The notes below the pieces were generated by a model, which saw nothing but the letters and a program-made list of their open reading frames with translations, was not told the DNA's origin and searched no databases. 64,000 nt of DNA from Setoptus koraiensis (lineage: Eukaryota; Animalia; Arthropoda): NCBI GenBank assembly GCA_048013815.1, contig CM106585.1:16926001-16990000 (forward strand), written 5' to 3'. Position 1 is the stretch's first letter, and each line of letters opens with the position of its first letter. Shown piece after piece: positions 23,699-35,687 of this stretch. Both the position numbers and the translations under genes were made by a program.

Positions 23699-25224
23699 TA
23701 TTTGTGGCTATTGTAACTGCCTATAAAGTGATAGAAGTTGTTTCTGTTGGTGTAGTGCAATTGAATTGATTTGTTGTAAACTGGTCGAAACAGTTACAGT
23801 AATTGATACTCTAATGAGTGGACACTGCAATGGGGTCACCGGCAGGTGCTTTTGCGAAGCAAACTTTGTGTACTTTTTAAGTGCTCAGGTGTATACTCAG
23901 GTGTATGGTGCAATAGTGGAAATATGAGTGATTTGGCGATATTTCGGTTGACTGTGTGCGAAACAATCGATTCAATGTTGGTTGTGCTCTATGTGGTCAT
24001 CAATGTATAATATGCTTTTTTTTTGTAATTGTGCTGCTATAAAAATTAGTGATCGCAACAGACGAGTAGTGAGAGTAGTGGCGCAATAAAAGTGATAATG
24101 CATTAGTGAACATCGATAGATACTATAAGTGGAAAGTGGCTGATTATATAGTGCACCTATATGCCGATGATCATGAATGGACGAGCCTTGGATGAGTTGT
24201 GCGGTGCGAGGTGAGAATGAGTCGATAGTATGAAGATGAAATCTGAGAGCATGAGTGATCTTTCGTTAATCTTTCGACAGAAAACACTGGCCGAGGCATT
24301 GGCGGTGCCAGCAGCGTACAGTATATAGTGGTGGCAGTGGTGGTAGTAGTGGCAGTAAAGTGAAAGAAGATGGTCTTCTCGACGGCGAGAACACGGCGAA
24401 CAGTGCGACGAGCAAAAAGAGGAAAGAACTTGCATGCGAGACAGAATATCGGCACAGAGAGAGCGAGAGAGATTTGAAGATAGGAATAGACGAAAGAACG
24501 AACGAGCGAACCAACGAACCAACCAACGAGCGAACGAACCAACCAACGAAGCGTCCGCCGAACGAACCATTGAATGAGCGAACGAAGAAACGACGAAAGA
24601 AAGAATGAATGAACGAATGTATGAATGAATTAAAGAATTAATGAACAAACAAGCCAAACGAGCCAACTAGCGTCTATCTTTTGGCGTGCTGTTCGGTGTT
24701 CTCTTTCATCATCACCTGAGACTAGGCTAGCGTTTTTATGAATGAATCGAAGCATCATATTATTATCGTCGTAGCGTAGAGGCGGCAGCGCCAGCGATAC
24801 ATGAATGGACCGGCGAGAAGGAGACGCAAACAAATAACGATGGATCATAATTCATGGGCTCGCATACGCACCGCAGACACTCGCAGCTATACATTGATAC
24901 GCACACGCTCAAACGGCCAGTAGTATGACATATAAGACATAAGAATAAATAACCAGATAAATAGCTAGAAAAGCTGGAAAATAAATGGCACGAGCAAATT
25001 GACGCTCGCTGCCAACTATTTTCCACTGGCCGCGGTCCGCGGAGCCCGATTGAGCGGGCGACCGACTGGTCAGCAGTTTCGTCGGCAGTTCAGGGCTGGC
25101 AACAAGTTAGTGAGGCGAGGAGCGGATAATCAATCACCTATTGCTGTTAGCCGTCAGCGCGTCGCTTCGAATCCGCGCTTCTTTTGCGCTCACTTGGCCT
25201 GTCTCGCGTCTGTCTATATGTCTA

Positions 25225-25256
<32 letters not shown>

Positions 25257-26866
25257 TTGTCGTTGTCGTTGCCGCTGTCGCTGTTGTTGCTGCTGTCCGA
25301 GGCATTCCCTCACTCGACTGCTGTCCGAACTGTTGTGGCGATCGGCAAAGTGTTGTTGTTGTTGTTGTTGTTGTTGTGGTGCATGCCCAAGTGGCCATTT
25401 TGATGGCAATTGGCGGCAACTTGATCGTGCAAGATTGTAAATAGTGGACAAAGTGTGTGGATTGTGAGCGAGAATCGCCAAAGTGACACGCAGACGCGCA
25501 CGCCGAACACTGGCCGGCCATGAGGCGCTAGTCCAATTATAATTGTACATGACGAATAATTATCATACAACTGCTATGATAATGATTACCGCCACCCAAT
25601 ATTTCAGATCCACTTCCGACTGCACTTGCACTTGCTGCTGGTCGCTGCCATCGGCTTATATTGGCGCCCATTTGCTTGGGCTGGTTGAGTTGCCATTGGC
25701 CAGCCATTCAATAATCGTCGGCCGTTGAATAGATGAGAATATTTCACTTAATCGCTGTTGATCACAACAACAGCAGCAGCAGCAGCAACAACAACAACAG
25801 CGGCAGCATCGACAACACGATAGAACACACGAAACAGGCGAAATACAGGCGACTTCGAAACGAACGATATTGAAATATCGAGGAAACGAAGCAGTCGATT
25901 GGACGTTCCCAACTATCATCATAATTGTTATTGTTGCCTGTTAATTGCATGCTTCTTTCTTTCAACGAGCCCCATTGCCAACGTTGTGCTGGCGCTGGCT
26001 CGGCTCGCTCTCTCGGCACAATGAGACTTGAGCATCTTTTGTAAGACGGTGCCACATTGTGTGACGGTTAATTGAACGTTGAAAACACATTCGCTACCTG
26101 CATCCACAGCGACCGTTGTTGTTGTTGCTGCTGCTGTTGTTATTGCTGCTGTTGTTGCTGTTGTTGTTGTTGATCGTGGCCCAGAATGGCGCTCAAAAGG
26201 ATCAAGTGCAATGTTGAAACTCGCCCGAAAGACCATTATCACGAACGAGAACAATTGGTGAAAAAACTTTCACCACATGATGCTAATTAGACCAGTATAG
26301 GCACGACGGCTAGGAGACACCGGAAAGAATGCACCACCAGCCGAACGAGGCTAACGTCCAACGTCAGCTCCATGTGATCTGACAGCAGCAGCAGCAGCAT
26401 CAGCAACAACTCAAACTGATGTCTAGCAACAGGTTGCCAAGTCACGAAATCAGCACGATGGGTATTAATGAATGAAAATAGATCTCTTCTTTGATGAAGA
26501 TGATGCTGTTGCCAGGAAACACACACACACGCCAGATTTAGTGTGATACACAGAGCAAGACAAGTGATACCACAACGCTTCTTCTTCATAGGTGTTGCCT
26601 TGAGGTCAAGTTCAACAGGTAAACAAAAAGACGCTTCGCCAGACGAGTGCTCCTTTAATTACCATAGCCAACATCAATTATTACTTATATGCACCATACA
26701 ATATGCCCCTATAGTTTAGTTTATCTGTTTCAGCCCCCCTCCCCCTACTTCCGATTCCATTTTGAAGCCATCAAATATTGGGCACTATCATCATGATCGC
26801 CGTCAGAAGACAGCACCAATCACCAGCAAACAATCGGGCAGCTTATCTCTGTATTGTCTATAATAT

Positions 26867-26870
<4 letters not shown>

Positions 26871-26913
<43 letters not shown>
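26871..26913. repeat. (GA)n microsatellite
   Basis: About 21 AG units with one interruption (AGCGAG). Confidence 0.9.
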
Positions 26914-27744
26914 CTTAATCACGACGATCACTAAGAAAGAGAGCGACCGTTGTAAAGTGTAATATATTTATCGCTCTCTCTCTCTCTCTGTGTCCGTGTC
27001 TGTCTATCTGCAAACATAGATTATCGGCGCCAATCTCCAACCACGAAGCAAACATTCCATTCAAACAAATCAAAAAAGATTAACGTGTATCGTCGCTGCT
27101 GCTCCACCGTCCGACATATAAGCACTCCTCCCCTACAATAATTCCCTCCCTCTCTCTCTCTCTACCTCTCTTTCTCTCTCTGAGTTATTCCGATTATTAT
27201 AGAAGGCGAGCAAACGGAGGAAAGCTCTTGTCGTTGCCATTCGGCGCTTCTTCCGCTAGTCATATAGCCTTGGCGAAAATGGTCATATAAAAGTCGACTT
27301 ACACTCACTGTGCCGGTGATAAATGCGATATCGCCGGCATTAGCTAGCATGAGATTTTGGATGACATTGGCAATGATATAATGGCATCATGATGTTGTAA
27401 AGTAAGGTTGCTAAATAAACTTTTTGCCAACACCACTGGTATCATACCATTGGTATGGCCGGCCAGATTTCGCGCCAATTTTCCGGTTTGAATTTGGGCG
27501 TGCGCAGCACATCGAATAAATTGTGCGCAACTCTTTTTTACACCTGATGAAAAGGATTCCACTGGCTTCTATTGTCAGATTGATATTCGTCGTCTAGCTC
27601 GCTGTCCATTTATCTGCAACCACAAGTATTTATATATTTATTATATTGTTGGACATGATAAACAATTCAAAATATTGAGGATAAGATACTAGCAACGGTA
27701 ACAACACAACATACAAACATATCTCTCATGAACCCATGTCCTAG

Positions 27745-29232
27745 ATGCAATCTGTTTGGGATTATTTACACAGCGAGCTTCGTCGTGGTTACGTTTTAGA
27801 AAATGACGAACAACGATACGCTGAAAGGAGACAGAAATTCTATACATTTCTCAAGGTGCCTATTGAATTGGAAAAATTTATGGTGCAGGCATTCTTTCAA
27901 ATAGTTGATGCATTCTTATTTGTTTTTACAATATTACCAATCAGATTTACATTGTCATGCTGGTTCCTATTATCAAGACCATTCACTTCATTCTCATCAT
28001 CCAAATCAAAACATCAACAGACAACAACCAGCAACAATTCAACCATATTGCAACCGGCCGAAGTATGTGATCTATTGAAGGGCATCATATTGATCTGTGC
28101 CACACTACTAATAAGTCAAATTGATACATCATGGCTGTACCATATGATCAAAAGTCAATCAGTTATAAAATTGTACATATTCTTCAATATGCTAGAGGTG
28201 GCAGACAAACTATTGTCAACATTTGGCTGTGATATATTGGACGCACTATTCTGGACTGCAACAGAACCTCGTGATAGAAGAAGAGAATTGTATAGAGTCG
28301 TTCTACACTTGTTTGCGGCAATCATTTACGTAGTTCTACATAGCCTGCTTGTTCTATTACAGGCAACCACGCTCAATGTCGCCATCAACTCCAAAAACAA
28401 GGCCCTACTTACAATAATGATGTCCAATAACTTTGTTGAATTGAAGGGCATGGTGTTCAAGAAATTTGAAAAAAACAATCTATTTCATATGTCGTGTAGC
28501 GACGTGAGAGAGAGACATCATTATCTTGTATTATTGCTAATTGTAATCGCACAAACTCTGAAAGAGTACAACTGGAACGAGGAACAATTGTGGATATTAT
28601 TACCAGACTGCATGCTCATTTTACTATCTGAAATGGCTGTCGATTGGTTTAAGCATGCATTCGTCACTAGATTCAACGAAATTAACTGCGAGGTTTACAG
28701 GGAATACACGATAACATTGGCCTACGACCTGACCAGCAGCAAACTAAAGAGAGCCTATGCCGATCATTCAGATCTAGTTTCAAGGAGAATGGGCTTCATT
28801 CCGTTGCCACTCGCTGTACTGGTCGTAAGAGTCCTTTCTGCCTCTCTGATAATTAATTGTTGGCGGGGTTATATGTGCCTATTGTTAGCCTATCTATGCC
28901 TGTTGACATCGAAAATTCTAATCAACATTGTGTTGTTGGGTAAATCCTGCGAAATAATTGAGAAACATCGGGCACGTGAAAATCCAGAAAAGATGCAACC
29001 ACCTCCCAGACAATGTAATAGTCTGCCATCTAGCCGACACGGAAGCATTGAAAACATACCCAATTTGATCTCTTCTAATTATGCCAAGAGCACACCGCAA
29101 TCTCCCAGAACTAGTCTGGCCGATATCACCCTGCAAGCTCAAGCGATGCAAGAAAACTTGGAAAAGAGTTTCATATTTGCCAACTCTACCGTCTCATTGA
29201 CTAGTCTAAAAATACGACCAACCTCAGGATAG
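27745..29232 (+). CDS. TAPT1: Transmembrane anterior posterior transformation protein 1 (TAPT1/Emp65 family), 495 aa, single exon
   Basis: YAERRQKFYTFLKVPIELEKFM; YHMIKSQSVIKLYIFFNMLEVADKL; ALLTIMMSNNFVELKGMVFKKFEKNNLF; VDWFKHAFVTRFN; SRRMGFIPLPLAVL. Confidence 0.95.
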   Translation: MQSVWDYLHSELRRGYVLENDEQRYAERRQKFYTFLKVPIELEKFMVQAFFQIVDAFLFVFTILPIRFTLSCWFLLSRPFTSFSSSKSKHQQTTTSNNSTILQPAEVCDLLKGIILICATLLISQIDTSWLYHMIKSQSVIKLYIFFNMLEVADKLLSTFGCDILDALFWTATEPRDRRRELYRVVLHLFAAIIYVVLHSLLVLLQATTLNVAINSKNKALLTIMMSNNFVELKGMVFKKFEKNNLFHMSCSDVRERHHYLVLLLIVIAQTLKEYNWNEEQLWILLPDCMLILLSEMAVDWFKHAFVTRFNEINCEVYREYTITLAYDLTSSKLKRAYADHSDLVSRRMGFIPLPLAVLVVRVLSASLIINCWRGYMCLLLAYLCLLTSKILINIVLLGKSCEIIEKHRARENPEKMQPPPRQCNSLPSSRHGSIENIPNLISSNYAKSTPQSPRTSLADITLQAQAMQENLEKSFIFANSTVSLTSLKIRPTSG

Positions 29233-29243
29233 ACATCGAACGA

Positions 29244-29880
29244 GAGTAACTCGAACGATTGATTGTTCATACTTTGACCGTCATAAAATCTTTTCCGGTG
29301 GGGTACGATCATTAGACGCCCATTCTTTACTTTTATTGTTCATTTTTTGACATCAAAGTCCGGGTTCTCAAACATTGCTTTGGATCTGTTGTCATCAAGC
29401 AGCGTACCGGTCTTCGCCGGTTCATCTTCATTTGACACTGCTGTTTTGTTATCATTAGTTTTCGCAATTCGCTTCTGGGGCTATTTGCCTTTTATTCTGC
29501 ATTAATTTTACCGCAGGTCTGTTGTTCCCATTCGGCAAATCTAATAATAACTTGACTGATAACTTGTATTCTGTTCTTTCGCTAATCCTCTGATCTGGCC
29601 TTAATCATATTGCGATGATATTCTTTGGACGAGAATGGATTCGATGCGACCAAAGTGCAGGGCCTGAAATCCATAAATATTGGACTGGTCACTATGTTTG
29701 TGCTAACATTTAGCATTTCCAAACCTTGTATCAGCCCGCTTCTGAGGCGTAGCTATTTGTTTTTCTTTAACAATTGACGCCTTTCCTATCCATCAACCAT
29801 TCGAGAATTGCTTTCCTCGTGCTCATATTGTAAATTCATACATTAGTAACTACGGGGATCAGAATATTAGTTGTCTCAAC
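29244..29880 (-). pseudogene. NOL10: Degenerate NOL10 copy with a central deletion of about 1 kb
   Basis: About 29680-29880 aligns to NOL10 35500-35700 (TGGACTGGTCAC(T/A)ATGTTTGTGCTAACATT, TTTTTCTTTAACAATTGACGCC). About 29244-29680 aligns to about 33950-34470 (CAAAGTC(C/G)GGGTTCTCAAACATTGCTTTG, GGATTCGATGCG). The start ATG is changed to ATT, there is an early in-frame TGA, and there are indels. Confidence 0.9.
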
Positions 29881-29941
29881 GCAATTGTTTTACATTGTAA
29901 TTAGTGGATACCAAGTGCTACAGAAGCCTTGATGAGCTCCT

Positions 29942-32134
29942 CTAACTGGCTAGGAATCCAATAAGATCTTTCTGGTCTTTGTTGTTGTCGCCAATGTTGT
30001 TTTTGTTGTCTTTGACTTGTTTTGATGCTCTACAATAATAGAAACAGCCTGCTACAGTCCAAACTATCGCAATAAGCATAATCCAGATGCCGATGTTGGC
30101 CCCATTCGGTATATTGATAATTAATGCTTGTTTTGAGGTCAAGGCCAGCATGGATTTTGTGTAATCCAGCTGAACTGAGCGCTGTCTAAAGTTTTTCTGG
30201 TGACTACTATTTATGGACTTGGGATTCACTGACAGCGTAAAATTTGCATAAGCAAAACCAATGGAGCTTTGGGCCTTACAAATGTAGGTTCCCTCGTCCT
30301 CTGGCGATAATTTTGTCAGTGACATGGTAGACACTCCGTCGCCGTCTTGTTTGTATATTATTCTCTTCTCTACGCCGGCGGGAATTTTCTTATATTTTTT
30401 GTCTTTATCAACGAAGCTCCACGACAGCACTGGACTAGGAATTCCGTATGTGGCACAAACAATGTCCACAGAACCATTCACACGGGCCCGAGTGTCTCTA
30501 GGCGCAGAGGTAAAATACGGATAAATATATGTGGTCATATCGATCGTTTTTGAATAGGCATTTCCGTATCTGTTTGACACAACGCATTGATATTCGCCAC
30601 TATAGGTCTCGTCGATATTGTCCAATTCCAGTGTTGTGCCCACTATTTCTCTGGTGGGGTCCGCCGGGTCTACCGTGCGCCCCTCCAACTCTGCGTACGT
30701 TCGATTCAGCAATCTAAATCCAAATCCTGGCACGTACTTTTGCCACGTTATCAATATTCTCTCTGCCGGACTGCTGGACTTGGGAACGCTAGCACGACAC
30801 GACAAACTGCTAGAATGACCCTTGATAAACAGCGATCCATTGACGGGCCTCTCGTCCAACAATACCGGCTTGCCAGGCTGGTCACAATAGGGTCTCCTCA
30901 GTCGCCATCTATAATCTTCTTCGAGAAGGTCCCGCAATTTGAGCATTCTCAACGTGTCCGGGTAGGCGCACATGGCCTCTTCGTGTCCGACAAAACTATG
31001 CTGCTGACCAACAACTTGCTGATTGGACGTTATTGATGTTGTTGTTGGTCCGGCGGCCGTTATTAGCCACTCAATGTCACAATCGCAAGTTATTCGTTGT
31101 GAGTCCATATCGAATTGCGTTAGTTTCACCAGATTGACAAATGAGGCCGGCTGCAGAGTTCTAATAGGGTTTTTGCGCATATCCAGCTCCCTCAAATTGA
31201 CCAAAGGCTCGAAACAATCCGACCTAATGGTGTCGATTTCGTTGTTTTGCAAATCTAATCGCTCCAATTCGGTGAGACCATTGAAGATGCCACTGGTTGA
31301 CTGTAGAACAACCTCCAATTTGTTGCTGCTCAGATCCAACGACTTCAACTGTCTCATGTGAACAAACGAATTTGGCTCTATGAAAGTCATGTAATTGTGA
31401 TGAAGCCTGAGATCTAACAATGATCTCAGATTGTGAAAATAGCTCTTAGTGATGCGCTTCAATTTATTGTGTCCCAACGACATATAATTAATGTTAGGCA
31501 CAAAACTCCAAAATGACCCATTAATTATCTCAATGCGATTGTGATTTAAGCTGAGTCTCTGCAAATTGATCAAACCAAATAGCCACTTGCCCGTTATCTC
31601 AGTCAACCTATTGCCATCTAGGGATAGATTCTCTAATAGATGCAAATCATAAAAGGCGCCGTCGCCTAATTTCTTGATGATGTTTCTCTTCAGTTTGAGC
31701 GTCCTTAAATGGGTATAACTCTCAAAGTAGGACTTTTGAACATCTAGCAGCATGTTTGAGGTGAAATTGAGATAACTGACTTCTTGGTGTAAATCTGACG
31801 GCACTCGATCTATGTTTAATTGTGAACAATCAATGATTAAATTTGGTGACTTGCATTTACACTTGAATTTATTGTTTGAGCATTCAGCGTAGAAATTGGC
31901 CAATGTTTGCTGGCCACTTGGTTGATTTAACTGGCTTTGTTGTTGTTGTTGTTGCTGCTGCTGCTGCTGTGTTGGTGCGTCGTCGACGCCTGAGTAGTTG
32001 CTGATTAGATCTAGTTCGTCTGACATTTGGTCTTGACCGAAAACGGTTGTGTAACATGACTCTTGTAGTAAAATTATCACTATCCACACAAATATGGATT
32101 GGCTCAAAGAATTGTATCGCGTTGTTGTTGCCAT
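29942..32134 (-). CDS. LRIG: LRIG/lambik-like LRR-Ig transmembrane protein, shortened, 730 aa, single exon
   Basis: Signal peptide, poly-Q, LRRNT, about 10 LRRs (LKLKRNIIKKLGDGAFYDL...STSGIFNGL), LRRCT (CDCDIEWL), Ig1 (SGEYQCVVSNRYGNAYS), Ig2 (IPAGVEKRI...EDEGTYIC...ANFTLSV), TM (IGIWIMLIAIVWTVAGCFYYC), short tail. Confidence 0.8.
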   Translation of the reverse strand: MATTTRYNSLSQSIFVWIVIILLQESCYTTVFGQDQMSDELDLISNYSGVDDAPTQQQQQQQQQQQSQLNQPSGQQTLANFYAECSNNKFKCKCKSPNLIIDCSQLNIDRVPSDLHQEVSYLNFTSNMLLDVQKSYFESYTHLRTLKLKRNIIKKLGDGAFYDLHLLENLSLDGNRLTEITGKWLFGLINLQRLSLNHNRIEIINGSFWSFVPNINYMSLGHNKLKRITKSYFHNLRSLLDLRLHHNYMTFIEPNSFVHMRQLKSLDLSSNKLEVVLQSTSGIFNGLTELERLDLQNNEIDTIRSDCFEPLVNLRELDMRKNPIRTLQPASFVNLVKLTQFDMDSQRITCDCDIEWLITAAGPTTTSITSNQQVVGQQHSFVGHEEAMCAYPDTLRMLKLRDLLEEDYRWRLRRPYCDQPGKPVLLDERPVNGSLFIKGHSSSLSCRASVPKSSSPAERILITWQKYVPGFGFRLLNRTYAELEGRTVDPADPTREIVGTTLELDNIDETYSGEYQCVVSNRYGNAYSKTIDMTTYIYPYFTSAPRDTRARVNGSVDIVCATYGIPSPVLSWSFVDKDKKYKKIPAGVEKRIIYKQDGDGVSTMSLTKLSPEDEGTYICKAQSSIGFAYANFTLSVNPKSINSSHQKNFRQRSVQLDYTKSMLALTSKQALIINIPNGANIGIWIMLIAIVWTVAGCFYYCRASKQVKDNKNNIGDNNKDQKDLIGFLAS

Positions 32135-34127
32135 TGTGAAATTGCTGATTGATTTGACTTTGACGCCTCGATCTCCCTGGAGGGGGTTACAACATATAAC
32201 TGGCGCAACTGTAACTTTCTCGGATGCTTATAACTGTCGATATAACTGACTACTATCGTCTCGTGTCGATAACTAACTGGAACTGAACTTGGTCTGACTC
32301 CGAACTTGTCGCGCGTATCTCCTCTAGATGCGTTCGCTGGCGAGTTGCTCAGGTGACTGATCATGGTGAGAAATTGTCTCTCAGTGTCAGCGCCAGGATT
32401 TGTTTGTCGTCCCATCATTTCAGCAGGCAGCAATACGGCAGAGAGAGAGCCGGGCAATTGGCGCAGCAACAAGTTTTGTTGACCATAAAGATACAGTTTG
32501 TTTGCAGCGAGCAGCGTTTGTTTGCACTCGGTTCTGTTTCATTCTTTTCTCTCGCTGTCACTAATCAAAGAATCATCATCATTATTTGCTCACTTGCTCT
32601 TCGAACGTTCGCCTGTTCGAATGGTCGAAGGTTCGGAGGTTGGGAAATAAACAGCAGCATCGTCAGCAAACAGTATTCATCTTCTGGTAACAATGCATCC
32701 TGGATAGTGGCTACGCGTGAATATTTACCAACCATCATTTGTGTTCAGTGTCGCGTCTCACAAGTGCGAGACTCGCAGGAGCCTCGTCGGACAGATCAGG
32801 TGACATCCACAAGCATAGTCGCTATGCAGAACGAGCCCAGATTTCGCTTGGCATTTTTTTCTTTGGATTTGGCGTTGCCCGGCGAGCATTCTCAGTGCAT
32901 GCTGAACTGCGTCAATCGCTGACCGTTGGCGCGATCAGTGGTCAGAATTGCTTTCTTCTGGATATTTGCGGCGTGGATTAAATGATGATTGCTCAAATGG
33001 TGCAATTTGGTCGGATCAATCGTCGTTTGAATTTGGTTGTTTCAGACATGCTGTCGCCGTTGTTGAGTCGCCATCGCCACTAGCCATCGTTATTTGCGCG
33101 CTAAAATAAAGTAAATACCTCAAATCTTGTGTTCGCAGGCGAGTGTCGCTTCGGCTCGCACGTCGTCTCACAAGAACGCCGACTCGTGCAACTCGTCGTC
33201 TCACCTTGTTGCCAACTTTGTTCTTAACTGTTTCGCCCGAATGGAAATTGGCCACTGGCAACACTAGACTCCATGTCTAGTGTGTGTGTGTACTGTTTAC
33301 CTGTTGCCAGCGACACGCAGAGCTATTTCGAAGCGCGAATTCTCCCTCACTCTGTCGCTTCTTTTGGCCAAAACTTCTTTGGGCTGACTGTGCAAACAGA
33401 AAATAGACCGTCGAATGGCGCTGTTTGCTCAGGTGCGCTTAAGCGAATAACTGCAGCCAGAATGAGAGAATAGGTGCGAGAATGGAAGCGCAAATAAAAA
33501 GTGTGACACACAGTATAAATCACAATAGCCACTATTTCACCACCACTGAGACAACAAATATGCTGGCCAGAGAATTGCGCCGTGATGGTGCTGCTATGAA
33601 ATGAATCGAAATTAAATCGAAAGAGAGCAAGCGATTTCATGTTTGCAGAGCCACCTTGTCTGGCAGCTCCGACGGGTTCGATGCAAAGACTAAAACAAAT
33701 TCTTGCTGCAGACACCATGGCGAAAGCATCGATCTTGCAACTATTAACTATATCCGGACCAATGTAGAGAGTCAGTTAGACTAGCAGAGGAACCAGAGAA
33801 CGAGAAATACTGAATGAATGTCGAGCGTTGTTGCAGCGATAAGGTCCTCGCGACGATTGTGCTGCAGACCAGCAACTGTCAACATGTGGCAGCGATATTT
33901 TGGAAACACTCGATATTTGGCTGTCAATTTGTTTGAAAATGTATTAGTAGTAACTCAGCACGATTGATTGGTGATACGTCTCCGACCGTCATAAAATCGA
34001 TGATGTAGTAAAGTTTGTGTTAATCACAAACTTTTTCACTCGGGTCAACCTGACTCTCAAACCTCTTGGTCCATCCGAATCTATCAAGCGCGCCATCATT
34101 GGGCGGCTATTTTTTAATTTTAATTGT

Positions 34128-35687
34128 TCACTCTTTGACCTCAAAGTCGGGGTTCTCAAACATTGCTTTGAATCTGTCGTCATCAAGCAGTGTATCCATC
34201 TGTGGTCTGACTATCTTCGCCGCTTCATCTTTATCGGAAACCGCAGTTTTGTTACTAATAGCTTTCGCCTCCTGTGCAATCTGTTCTTTCCGTTGCATCA
34301 ATTTTGCCGCAAGTCTTTTGTTTACCTTTGGCAGAGCTGATATGACTTGCACTCTGTTCTTTCGTTCATCCTCTAATTTTTCCTTAATCTTATTGCGACG
34401 ATATTCCTGGAAGGCGAACGGATTCGATGCGGCTTTTGCCTTGGTGTAAAGCCTTATATCCATGAAGAAACCATGCATGTAAGCACGCAAAAGATCAGTG
34501 CCCACTAAATGATCGATACCTAATTCTTCTAGTTCTTGCATAGTGACAAACTTATAGTCGTCATATATAATATTTTCTGTTATTTGTTCTTCACATTCCT
34601 CAGTTATTTGGTCCAAGAAAGAACACCATCTCGGTGCTGGGCCCAATGATGGAATGTAGTAAGGTTGTACTTTCTGACCTTCGTTTGTTACAAGGATCAT
34701 ACCTGTCCCTGGTAATGCACAGAAACTATTAAGATCTTTGTCAGGTTGTATGGCTGTAAAGGTTTCACCGTTATTTCTATCCCAGAGTTTTATCACTTTA
34801 TCGTCCAGTGAAATTACCAAATCATGATCATTTGATGTGTTGTGAAAATCTAAAGTTTTTATTGGCAGACCAAAATAATGATCTTTAATGATGTAAGGCT
34901 TATTGGTGCGAATGTCAAACAACATAATCTGTCCTGTTTGTGTGCCTACTGCTAGATTAAGATTATCTTTAAATTTCATCGATGTTACCCCTGGCAATGA
35001 TATGTCAGAGTCTGCTTGGTGTGTAGTGTATCTTGCACAATCGAATGAGGAGACGATTTTGGTGGATGTTCTAGCGTCCCAACATTCAAGAGTCCCCTCT
35101 TCTGAGCCGGCTACAGTCAGTTGGAGATTGTTATTAGTTATGCATGAATTGAATCCCGAACATTCAGAGGTGAATGATTCGACAAATTGGCCCAAGTCCA
35201 AGTTCAATCTATAGATATCACTTGAGGCGCCGCATGAGTACATAATACAATTACTACAATCGTAACAGAAGTCCCTTCCTGGCTTGGGTATTCTGACCTT
35301 GTAGTAGAAACCATGGGCATTGTGAAACTCTATGTGTCTATCAGATTGTAATAGAGCCAATTTGGTCCAATCCTCTGATAGGAGCATCATTTTTACACAC
35401 TCAGAGTCGAAGCATCTCTCAAATTTCAGGCCTAACTGCTTAAAATCGTAGCATCTCACGCGAGGTTTGTAGAGGCCAGAGACAAATAAATAGTTTTGAT
35501 CTGGACTGGTCACAATGTTTGTGCTAACATTTGGCATTTCCAAATCTTGTATCAGCTCGGTTCTGTGACGCAGCTCTTTGTTTTTCTTTAACAATTGACG
35601 CCTTTTCCTATCGGTCAACCATTCGGGGATTGCTTTCCCTGCGCTCAGATTGTAAATTTTTACATTGTTAACTACTGAAATCAGCAT
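34128..35687 (-). CDS. NOL10: Nucleolar protein 10 (Enp2 homologue), 519 aa, ends just after the NUC153 motif
   Basis: Start MLISVVNNVKIYNLSAGKAIPEWL (ATG 35687); GLYKPRVRCYD; YYIPSLGPAPRWCSFLD; IYDDYKFVT; LLRAYMHGFFMDIRLY; DDRFKAMFENPDF. Confidence 0.95.
   Translation of the reverse strand: MLISVVNNVKIYNLSAGKAIPEWLTDRKRRQLLKKNKELRHRTELIQDLEMPNVSTNIVTSPDQNYLFVSGLYKPRVRCYDFKQLGLKFERCFDSECVKMMLLSEDWTKLALLQSDRHIEFHNAHGFYYKVRIPKPGRDFCYDCSNCIMYSCGASSDIYRLNLDLGQFVESFTSECSGFNSCITNNNLQLTVAGSEEGTLECWDARTSTKIVSSFDCARYTTHQADSDISLPGVTSMKFKDNLNLAVGTQTGQIMLFDIRTNKPYIIKDHYFGLPIKTLDFHNTSNDHDLVISLDDKVIKLWDRNNGETFTAIQPDKDLNSFCALPGTGMILVTNEGQKVQPYYIPSLGPAPRWCSFLDQITEECEEQITENIIYDDYKFVTMQELEELGIDHLVGTDLLRAYMHGFFMDIRLYTKAKAASNPFAFQEYRRNKIKEKLEDERKNRVQVISALPKVNKRLAAKLMQRKEQIAQEAKAISNKTAVSDKDEAAKIVRPQMDTLLDDDRFKAMFENPDFEVKE

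Noticed and set aside
25090-25180. CTTCGAATCC resembling a tRNA B-box
   Set aside because: It mismatches the invariant G, and no cloverleaf or A-box can be built.
26287-26589. 100-aa ORF with a signal-peptide-like start (MKKKRCGITCLALCITL...)
   Set aside because: The hydrophobicity comes partly from TG and CTG repeats, and there is no family motif. It cannot be supported without expression data.
27540-27609. Short - strand reading MDSELDDEYQSDNRSQWNPFHQ divergent from TAPT1
   Set aside because: It stops after 23 codons, the donor is weak, and I could not join a convincing next exon.
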